This document shows, piece after piece, positions 30,151 to 37,602 of a DNA stretch of 64,000 nucleotides (its first letter is position 1; each line of letters starts with the position of its first letter). A model generated the notes under the pieces. It saw nothing but the letters and a program-made list of their open reading frames with translations. It was not told where the DNA came from and searched no databases. Source of the stretch: an uncultured Gammaproteobacteria bacterium (GTDB taxonomy: Bacteria > Patescibacteriota > Patescibacteriia > VMEV01 > CAZAJQ01); assembly GCA_964485795.1 (NCBI GenBank), contig CAZAJQ010000002.1, positions 65,043 to 129,042 on the forward strand, read 5' to 3'. Made by a program: the position numbers and the translations under genes.

Positions 30151-31992
30151 TCACTTGGCATTGACGATCGCTTTGATTCTTCGGATTCCGGAGCCGCAGG
30201 ATTCTTCCTTGGTGATGCGAAACCCTTTCAATTCTCCCGTACGATTCACATGAGGACCGCCGCAAATCTCGACGGAAAAATCACCGACGGTATACACTTT
30301 CACTTTTTCTCCATATTTTCCCTCAAAAAGACCTATGGCACCGCGTTCCTTGGCTTCTTTCACGGTCATCTCCTCATAAGTCACCGACATATCTTTCGCG
30401 ATTTGCTCATCGACGATTTTTTCCACGGCGCGGATTTCGGCGTCCGTCATTTTTCTCTCAAAATTGAAATCAAATCGAAGGCGGTCTTTGGTGATATTGC
30501 TTCCTTTTTGATTCACATGGTTTCCCAGCACCTGTTTCAAGGCTCGATGAAGGAGATGGGTGGCGGTATGGAGTTTCGTAGTTTCGTCGCTGGCATCCGC
30601 GAGTCCGCCCTTGAACATGCCTGCTGACGCGGTTCGCGAAAGCTCCCGATGCTTCTTCATCTCCTCTTCAAAAGCCGCCCGGTCGATCGAAACGCCATTT
30701 TCCTTGGCCAATTCTTCGCTCATTTCATAGGGAAACCCATAGGTCGAGAAGAGAACAAAAGCTTCTCTTCCGGACAAACTCCCGGATTGAGCCGATTTTT
30801 CAAACATTTTCAATCCCGTGTCCAAAGTTTCACGAAATTTCCTCTCTTCGCGCTTCATTTCGTCGACGATAAATGCCTTGCGCGGTTCCAAATGCGCATA
30901 ATGGTTTGAAAAAAGTCCGATGATCGTATGCGCGATATCCGCAAGAAAATCCTCTTTCATGCCGATATGATCGCCAAACCGTATGGCTCGACGAATGAGT
31001 CGGCGAGTAAAATAGCCCTGCGCCATATTCGAAGGTACGGCACCGTCGGCGAGTATGAATACCGCGGCCTTGATATGATCGGCGATGATTTCAAAGGCGC
31101 GATATTCGTTTTCATACGATTTCCCCGAAAGTTCGGATATTCGCCTCATGATCGGCATGAAAAGCTCGGTGGTAAAGACATTGTCCTTGCCTTCATGAGC
31201 CATTGTGAGCCGCTCGAATCCTCCTCCAAAGTCGATGTTTTTGTTTTGCAATTCTTCCCAGCCATTTTCGGATTTTTTGTACTGCATAAATACCGAATTG
31301 CCGATCTCGATGAATCGTCCGCAATCGCAGTTTACATGACAGTATTTTCCGTACTTCGCATCATGTTCCTTGCCGGTATCATAAAACGTTTCGGAATCCG
31401 GCCCCCCCGGCTCCCCGACCGCATCTCCGCGCTGCCACCAATTTTTATCCACATAAGCAAATATCCTTTGATTGCCGCCAAAATGAATTTCCACTCCGGG
31501 TCCGTCTTCGCCTTTTCCGGACGTTTGGGGCCCCTCTTCGGCCTTGATGCCGTATTTCTGAAACACTTCCTTGAGAATTTCAATGGCTTGAGTATCCTTT
31601 GGTGCATCTTTGGATCCGCCGTACACGGTTTGATACAGTCGACCTGAATCGAGTTTCAACACTTCGACAAGAAATTCATACCACCATGAAAGCTGTTCTT
31701 TTTTGAAGTAATCACCCAGCGACCAATTTCCGAGCATTTCAAAAAGCGTATTATGACGATGATCGCCGACTTCCTCGATGTCTTTGGTGCGAAACGAAGG
31801 CTGGCTATTGCAAAGTCGCTTCCCTGCCGGATGTTTTTCGCCGAGCAAATAAGGAACCAGAGGAAACATCCCCGAATTCACAAAAAGCAAACTGGGATCG
31901 TTTTCAGGAATAAGTGAAGCCGCACTGATGATGGCATGGCCTTTGGATGCGAAAAAATCAAGATAGGATTTGCGAAGTTCAAAGGGGGACAT
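30151..31992 (-). CDS. alaS: Alanine--tRNA ligase (short form, no C-Ala domain)
   Basis: LLFVNSGM, HNTLFEMLGNWS, EIGNSVFMQY, DHIKA, HTATHLL, EICGGPHV; ATG 31992 lies downstream of the promoter. Confidence 0.97.
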   Translation of the reverse strand: MSPFELRKSYLDFFASKGHAIISAASLIPENDPSLLFVNSGMFPLVPYLLGEKHPAGKRLCNSQPSFRTKDIEEVGDHRHNTLFEMLGNWSLGDYFKKEQLSWWYEFLVEVLKLDSGRLYQTVYGGSKDAPKDTQAIEILKEVFQKYGIKAEEGPQTSGKGEDGPGVEIHFGGNQRIFAYVDKNWWQRGDAVGEPGGPDSETFYDTGKEHDAKYGKYCHVNCDCGRFIEIGNSVFMQYKKSENGWEELQNKNIDFGGGFERLTMAHEGKDNVFTTELFMPIMRRISELSGKSYENEYRAFEIIADHIKAAVFILADGAVPSNMAQGYFTRRLIRRAIRFGDHIGMKEDFLADIAHTIIGLFSNHYAHLEPRKAFIVDEMKREERKFRETLDTGLKMFEKSAQSGSLSGREAFVLFSTYGFPYEMSEELAKENGVSIDRAAFEEEMKKHRELSRTASAGMFKGGLADASDETTKLHTATHLLHRALKQVLGNHVNQKGSNITKDRLRFDFNFERKMTDAEIRAVEKIVDEQIAKDMSVTYEEMTVKEAKERGAIGLFEGKYGEKVKVYTVGDFSVEICGGPHVNRTGELKGFRITKEESCGSGIRRIKAIVNAK

Positions 31993-32025
31993 AGAAAAAA
32001 AATTAACGGCTTCACATGAAATTGT

Positions 32026-32054
32026 ACTATACAAAAAATCTCGTGGATAGACAA
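32026..32054 (-). promoter_or_regulatory. sigma70-like promoter of alaS
   Basis: TTGTCT-N17-TATAGT. Confidence 0.65.
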
Positions 32055-32060
32055 ATAAGC

Positions 32061-32159
32061 GTCGGCGGAAGGTTGAAAGGGAGTTGGGGGAGGTTGGGGT
32101 GGACACAGAGGTCCACGCCAACTCCACCCCAACTCCACTCAAACCCCACCCAAGTCGAC
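32061..32159. repeat. G-rich/C-rich imperfect inverted repeat (long hairpin, REP-like) at the island boundary
   Basis: GGAGTTGGGG-GAG-GTTGGGGTGGAC-acagag-GTCCACGCCAAC-TCCA-CCCCAACTCC, with outer GTCGGC/GTCGAC pairing. Confidence 0.75.
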
Positions 32160-32254
32160 CTATTCCAGCGTAGCCTTCCGAGGATTTCTTTTTTTAACAA
32201 AAAAAAATCCCTTCATAAGAAAGGATTTTATAAAAACAAAATATATAAAAAAAT

Positions 32255-33397
32255 TTATTTAAGCACTACAAACCACCCTACTTGAACGGAAATTTGGCCG
32301 GTGGCGTCAATCAAATTTCCGGAAAGATCAAAAATTTTATATTTCGTATTCCCGCCAAAAGTCAATCTGACGGGACCGCTGGTATTGTTATAGATAACAA
32401 CACATTTTAATCTCTCAATGTACTTGACCACCGTGGGAGTGGTGGCAACATCAAAACTCATGTCGAGAAAACTGCTCCCACTTTGAACCCCGGTACCCAT
32501 ATCCAGCCCGTAGTCATGCTTTGCTGGGTTCAACCTCAAAGCATTTTCTCTCGGCCCTGCCTTGGTCAGGGACAGGAAGATTTTATTCCAACCGAGGCTA
32601 TCGAGCCATAAAACGAGACCGATAAATGAAAGTTCCAAATCGTGCTTGGCCTGATCTGTTGTTGCACCGGTTTGATCTCCCAAAATTAAATAAGAATTTA
32701 ATTTTGGAAAGCCATTCTGAACTAAGGTGGAATAAAATTGCCCGGGATTTGAGTTTTGATCGCCGGATATAATCCCTGGATCATTCCTTAACCCGGTCTC
32801 AGTATAAGGCAGCCCCACGAGATTATTGAACCCTCCCCAAGACCCCCATGTTTGAAATCCGGCATTTTTGAATTCCTGCCAGAGATCTTTCAAATTTGGA
32901 ATCACTTCGTCCATCGTGTCCATAAACACTCCTTCCTGGTAAGCGAATCCAGGACGATGATTTTGAACATAACTGACGCAATACTGCCTCACGGATGAAT
33001 CTTCCAACTTTACCCTTACGATATCGGTTGGGATGCTAGGATTGGGAACAAGCTGGGCATCACTAAAGCCGAACTTGGTCATCAAATCCGTTTTTTTCCC
33101 CTTCACCGGTAAATAGATCAAAACTGTTCCCTGACCTAGTGGACGCAAGAAATCAATTTTGGATGTGGAATCAAAGAATGACACCCAGCCATTGATAAGC
33201 AAGAATGCATCAGATAATGCTTTGGCCTCATTATAAGAAATGAGGTGACCAAAAACTTTTATCTGATAATCCGCAGGGGGGGCAGCCAAGGGAGCGGAGG
33301 TGGTTTGAGTTTTGGGCTTATAGTTTTTCACCTCAATACCACAGCCAGTAAGTAACAGAGCCATAACACCAAGAACGAGCACAGCATTCATCTTCAT
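32255..33397 (-). CDS. Lipoprotein, possibly glycoside-hydrolase-like (GHL15/GH114-like motifs)
   Basis: SD AGGAG before MKMNAVLVLGVMALLLTG|C lipobox; T/P-rich linker; EGVFMDTMD; YGLDMG…VVIYNNT C-terminal region; function is inference. Confidence 0.6.
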   Translation of the reverse strand: MKMNAVLVLGVMALLLTGCGIEVKNYKPKTQTTSAPLAAPPADYQIKVFGHLISYNEAKALSDAFLLINGWVSFFDSTSKIDFLRPLGQGTVLIYLPVKGKKTDLMTKFGFSDAQLVPNPSIPTDIVRVKLEDSSVRQYCVSYVQNHRPGFAYQEGVFMDTMDEVIPNLKDLWQEFKNAGFQTWGSWGGFNNLVGLPYTETGLRNDPGIISGDQNSNPGQFYSTLVQNGFPKLNSYLILGDQTGATTDQAKHDLELSFIGLVLWLDSLGWNKIFLSLTKAGPRENALRLNPAKHDYGLDMGTGVQSGSSFLDMSFDVATTPTVVKYIERLKCVVIYNNTSGPVRLTFGGNTKYKIFDLSGNLIDATGQISVQVGWFVVLK

Positions 33398-33432
33398 GAG
33401 AAATCTCCTAATCAAAATAAAAAAATGTACGG

Positions 33433-33499
33433 TATTTACCATCACACCTCTTCAACCAATTTCCGCTGAAATTCGTCAAAAAAGGTGTGATGCCAAATA
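33433..33499 (-). promoter_or_regulatory. Long hairpin in the 5' leader of the lipoprotein gene
   Basis: Minus strand TATTTggCATCACACCttttttgacgAATTTC-agcg-GAAATTggttgaagaGGTGTGATGgtAAATA; internal mismatches read as G-U pairs on this strand only. Confidence 0.6.
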
Positions 33500-33745
33500 T
33501 TTCTTGAATGCGTATTTTTATACTATTTTTCATATTTTGTCAAATTTTCACGCTAATGAATAACCTCTGTTTCCGCTCTCTGTGATAATGACTCTACTCC
33601 CTCCTTCTTATTTTCAAACCTCTCAAAACGTCCCAACAAAGCCGCGGAGCTATATTTTTGAATCAACCTCCTTCACTATTTCGCATCATAGTAAATATAG
33701 GCGGCTTGCATTTCCTTTATATTAGCCAATTATCCTCTAATCTAG

Positions 33746-33774
33746 TTGACATCATTAACAAAATATGATATTTT
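33746..33774 (+). promoter_or_regulatory. sigma70-like promoter of the HExxH/beta-signal gene
   Basis: TTGACA-N17-TATTTT with extended TG. Confidence 0.55.
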
Positions 33775-33821
33775 GTTTAGTTGTTGAAATTCTGATTTTA
33801 AAGTTATTTTAGCCACAAAAA

Positions 33822-35162
33822 GTGGCGGAGGAAAGATTCATGGAAAGAAAAATCTTTTTGGCAATTTTTTTTATCTTTACAATTTTTTTGGGGAATGAAG
33901 TGCTAGCGTTTGGTCAGGAAGAATTTAAAGTTTATCTCAATCCGAAATTCATCAATGACCCTGATACCATTGATAGCTGGAGATCAATGTCTGATCTCTT
34001 GATCAAAGGTATTGACAGTCTGGATCAGGCGCTCAAGCAAGATCCATACGGACGCGGCATGTGGAGACTCGCATCTTTTGGACTCTTATGGTTGCATACG
34101 GAAGGGGAATCTACTTTGATACATGAGAGAGGGCACAGAAGGCTCCATGAGAATTATCTAGGAGTTCGAAAATTCCGTCTGGAAACCAAGGATAAGACAC
34201 ACTCGGTGTCTGCCAATTATCTCACGGAATATCTGTATGGCATCGGCGCCTATGGATATGAGACGCATTTTTATACCTCATTCATAACTGCTGACCAGCT
34301 CACTGAGTTCATGCAAAGATACTCAGATAAAGTAGGAGAAAACCCAGAGAAGCACTTTCAAACTACTGGATTATATTATGGCGATGGGCTAAATCGACAA
34401 CAATATGCTTCAGAAGAGTTAGAGGGGAGGTTCCTGCAAGAAAAAGTGCATCCGCTCCATGGCGTGTCATATTTTGATAACATGCGCAGCGCGCTCTTCT
34501 ATGGAGGAATTGAAAATCAAACTTTTGGGGATCCTTATAATTATATCAAGTGGGCTCGCTATGGTGACGTCCGAACATCAATGAAAGATTTGAAGTATCA
34601 TTCTCAGATACCAAAAATTCTTCTCTCGAGAACGAGTTGGGTGGCCTCACTTGGGGTAGTAGGATGGCTTCTCATCCCAAGAACCATAGAAGAAAACTGG
34701 AAAAAAATTCTCAACCTTGGTAGCTTTCTACTGCCAAAAAAAATGGGAAGAATTTTCATGCCTGACTTTGCGACATATCTCACCTCGCAGGGGGTAACAT
34801 GGAAAACGACCGTTCCATGGAAGTCACCAGTGGGAATATGGCAACTCTCGGCAGAGACCAACGCCATCTTCAACAATGTACGGGGGAAGGCCATCAGTGA
34901 AATTTCTCTGAAATATGATTCCGCTTATTTCCGAGACATGTTCCGGTGGTCAAATAAACTCGTGCTCAATCTCAACGGGAGAGGGTTCTGGAATGAGACT
35001 GAACTGGGACTGAAATTCCCCATCGGTCTCGAAGTCGGTGTCAAGTATAGCGTTGGATACGGCTTCACATACTGGAGAGAAGTAGGCGGAAATACGGCAT
35101 ACTTCCTCAAAGAGCGTGAGGTGAATTTCAAACTCTATCTCAAATACGATCTCAGTTTCTAA
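33822..35162 (+). CDS. Secreted HExxH protein with C-terminal beta-barrel-like region
   Basis: Signal peptide MERKIFLAIFFIFTIFLGNEVLA (ATG 33840 likely start); LIHERGH; amphipathic strands ending FKLYLKYDLSF. Confidence 0.7.
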   Translation: MAEERFMERKIFLAIFFIFTIFLGNEVLAFGQEEFKVYLNPKFINDPDTIDSWRSMSDLLIKGIDSLDQALKQDPYGRGMWRLASFGLLWLHTEGESTLIHERGHRRLHENYLGVRKFRLETKDKTHSVSANYLTEYLYGIGAYGYETHFYTSFITADQLTEFMQRYSDKVGENPEKHFQTTGLYYGDGLNRQQYASEELEGRFLQEKVHPLHGVSYFDNMRSALFYGGIENQTFGDPYNYIKWARYGDVRTSMKDLKYHSQIPKILLSRTSWVASLGVVGWLLIPRTIEENWKKILNLGSFLLPKKMGRIFMPDFATYLTSQGVTWKTTVPWKSPVGIWQLSAETNAIFNNVRGKAISEISLKYDSAYFRDMFRWSNKLVLNLNGRGFWNETELGLKFPIGLEVGVKYSVGYGFTYWREVGGNTAYFLKEREVNFKLYLKYDLSF

Positions 35163-35188
35163 AAATTGGAAAGGAATTTGTTCATTAT

Positions 35189-35223
35189 AAAAACCTCTTT
35201 TTACAAGGAGGTTTTTGTTTTTT
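35189..35223 (+). terminator. Intrinsic terminator
   Basis: AAAACCTCTT…AAGGAGGTTTT followed by a T run. Confidence 0.65.
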
Positions 35224-35345
35224 CATAAAAAATAAATATCCAAGTTGACTTTTTTATATTTTTATTATTATATATTCAGTTACGGTTTAATCGTTAGTAC
35301 TTTGATATTTTTTACTTTTATGCCCATAGAGGGCAGGGAGTTGCC

Positions 35346-36152
35346 ATGAAAAATTGGATTAATTTTATTGATATTTCCTGTGAGCTGCAGGAAATTGAAA
35401 AAGGAGAGAAAATGCAAAAAGAGGGGTATGATAACATGCAGCTCAAAAATCTAGATGCTGATCCAGAGATTATAGCCATGGAAAATGAAATCAAAAAAAT
35501 TAAGAAAAAAATTGATGAAGTGAAAAAGGAAAAAGCATGTCATGAAATAGCCCTTATGGAACGTGGAGCAGCGCTTCGGATACATGGAACTGAAACCATT
35601 GAAAAAAAATTCAGCGAGTTTATGAACCGCGCCGAAAACGGGGAGCTGGGAGTCGGGCATCTCGCCTTGGTGAAGAGCATTCCACCCTATTTTGCTCGAT
35701 TGCTGTGTATCAATGGAATGGAATTCGCTTGCGTCAATTCCAGCAAAATTCTCGGCCATCACATATATCCCAGTCTGTTCAAGGATTTCAATTCAGGGAA
35801 GGTAAAGGATATCTATATAAAGGTAAAATCAATCGACCATACAGAAATCAATCTCAATGACGCAAAAGCTCTCTTTGAGCGAATCGCCATGGAAATGATT
35901 CAGCTCGGAGAAATTTTGAATCCTTTCTGTAAAATCCCCGGCTTCGAAATCCCTATCGGGGTATGCTATTTGCTCTCGGAAAAAGGCGATTCTGACCGAG
36001 TCACCTATGGAGCGAGATTAAACTCAGGGAGGTATGCACTGGTGGATAAAAAATTTGAGCTGAATTATTTTTCCATCGATCCCTATGGCAAAATCCATGT
36101 CGAGGGAATGCCAGAAGATCACGCAGACGTAGAGAAGTTCTTTAAAAAGTAA
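35346..36152 (+). CDS. Hypothetical protein with N-terminal coiled coil
   Basis: 268-aa ORF with GGAG SD, upstream TTGACT at 35245 and its own terminator. Confidence 0.7.
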   Translation: MKNWINFIDISCELQEIEKGEKMQKEGYDNMQLKNLDADPEIIAMENEIKKIKKKIDEVKKEKACHEIALMERGAALRIHGTETIEKKFSEFMNRAENGELGVGHLALVKSIPPYFARLLCINGMEFACVNSSKILGHHIYPSLFKDFNSGKVKDIYIKVKSIDHTEINLNDAKALFERIAMEMIQLGEILNPFCKIPGFEIPIGVCYLLSEKGDSDRVTYGARLNSGRYALVDKKFELNYFSIDPYGKIHVEGMPEDHADVEKFFKK

Positions 36153-36174
36153 TTTATTTTTTCAAAAGGATCAT

Positions 36175-36209
36175 AAAAAAACCGCGCATACAAAAACGCG
36201 GTTTTTTTT
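36175..36209. terminator. Bidirectional intrinsic terminator
   Basis: AAAAAAACCGCG-catacaaaaa-CGCGGTTTTTTTT. Confidence 0.75.
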
Positions 36210-36221
36210 CGTTTTAATGAC

Positions 36222-36251
36222 AAAAAAAGGGAGAGAAACATTTTCTCTCCC
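36222..36251 (-). terminator. Intrinsic terminator directly after the Cys-rich peptide gene
   Basis: Minus strand GGGAGAGAAA-atg-TTTCTCTCCC followed by TTTTTTT, 10 nt after the peptide stop. Confidence 0.8.
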
Positions 36252-36261
36252 TAAAATTCAG

Positions 36262-36426
36262 TTATTTCCTACAATTGCAGTTGCAATTGCAAGCATTGTC
36301 TCCGCACTTTCCGGAACATTGACTCCCATTAGTTTTGGGGGTAATGCCAGATGGCTTCACTGCCGGGACAATCTTTGTAACAAGATGTTTCTCGAGCAGT
36401 ATTTTTTTCATCTGCGCAGTAGACAT
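36262..36426 (-). CDS. Six-cysteine putative RiPP precursor peptide, 54 aa (absent from ORF track)
   Basis: Manual translation MSTAQMKKILLEKHLVTKIVPAVKPSGITPKTNGSQCSGKCGDNACNCNCNCRK*; SD AAGGAGG 5 nt before the ATG; adjacent to the rSAM/SPASM gene; own terminator. Confidence 0.85.
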   Translation of the reverse strand: MSTAQMKKILLEKHLVTKIVPAVKPSGITPKTNGSQCSGKCGDNACNCNCNCRK

Positions 36427-36499
36427 TGCTGCCTCCTTTCTGAGTAAAATATTTCAGAAACTTCTCACACTTCAGCCTTATTCGATAGGTATCACCTCC

Positions 36500-37537
36500 T
36501 TACATAGGAATAACTTCCCTAGGATCATATACAAACCATAATAAAGGACAACCGCCACCGCATTCATGATATTGTTTGCAATTCAGACAAGTTTCCGCAG
36601 GAATTCTCACGAGCATGTCATTAAACTCTCGTCTCTCAGAAGTATCCCAAAACGTTTGTAACCCTTCCGCATCACTGAAGTCTTCCCCGAGTTTACCGAG
36701 TGTAAAACCATGCATGGCGTTACAGGGGATAATCCTTCCCCGATCATCAAATATCACACCGCTCCGTTGCATAACATGACATCCGCTATAAATCTGATTC
36801 CTTTCTTTCAAAAGCTTTGAAAACTCCTGAGAAAAAAGACAGAAAGGGAGTGAAACATGTATCGAGAGCTTTTCACCAACTCTTTCATAGAGTCTCGGGT
36901 AAATCTCTTCAAATTTCTTTGCAGCGTTTTTCGGATCAATCATACACCCTTTTTCTGCCACTAAATTCGTATTAAAGGTCGTCGTGCAAAATTCCAACGA
37001 TACATGCGGAGCACCATTTTTACATGCTATATTCACCATTTCATCAAGATTCCCTATATTTAATTCGGTGATGGTAATAGATACGCTGAATCCAATGTTT
37101 GATTGCGATAAATTTTGGATTGCAGCTAGAACCTTGTGAAAATTATTCGCCTTTGTAAGACGCCTTTGCTGTTCTTCATTGCCAGCTTTCAAAGAGACAC
37201 TCACGTTTAATTTCAAACCATCAAATTTTTGAAGATATTTAGGGTCTGAAAAGCGAACACCATTACTGACCACCACAGGATAAAGATCCATATCATTGGC
37301 GCATGATATAAGCTCTGGTAGAGGTTTCCAGAGGGTTGGTTCACCACCCAAAATCTTTGGGCTCAAAATCCCCAAATCTCGAGAAATCTGCAAATATTGT
37401 TTCGCTTCATCAAACGTCATCTGAGAACTTGGAGTAAATCCTGTGGAACTCGCATAGCACCAACTGCATCGCAACTGACAAGCACGGTTAACGGTAATCC
37501 AGATACCAGAAATACCGTTATCTGTTTTCTGATCCAT
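36500..37537 (-). CDS. Radical SAM/SPASM domain protein (putative peptide maturase)
   Basis: CQLRCSWC (CxxxCxxC), ILGGEPTL, SNG, SPASM GC…GRIIPC…CLNCKQYHECGGGCP; SD AAGGAG. Confidence 0.93.
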   Translation of the reverse strand: MDQKTDNGISGIWITVNRACQLRCSWCYASSTGFTPSSQMTFDEAKQYLQISRDLGILSPKILGGEPTLWKPLPELISCANDMDLYPVVVSNGVRFSDPKYLQKFDGLKLNVSVSLKAGNEEQQRRLTKANNFHKVLAAIQNLSQSNIGFSVSITITELNIGNLDEMVNIACKNGAPHVSLEFCTTTFNTNLVAEKGCMIDPKNAAKKFEEIYPRLYERVGEKLSIHVSLPFCLFSQEFSKLLKERNQIYSGCHVMQRSGVIFDDRGRIIPCNAMHGFTLGKLGEDFSDAEGLQTFWDTSERREFNDMLVRIPAETCLNCKQYHECGGGCPLLWFVYDPREVIPM

Positions 37538-37602
37538 GATAAGGCTCCTTTATTAAAAAAATTCTTAAACAACTACCCATTAAGTATTCAACATATATAG
37601 CA

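Noticed and set aside
30151-31992. AlaRS lacking C-Ala as a possible pseudogene
   Set aside because: The catalytic and editing motifs are intact, and short AlaRS forms are known in reduced genomes.
31993-32142. N-terminal extension of AlaRS, or a T-box leader
   Set aside because: The extension spans the predicted promoter and the hairpin. No T-box motif was seen, and the hairpin is upstream of the promoter.
36217-36541. Plus-strand ORFs 36217-36447 and 36335-36541
   Set aside because: They lack SD sites, and the first crosses a terminator hairpin. The minus-strand Cys-rich ORF has an SD, a terminator and operon context.
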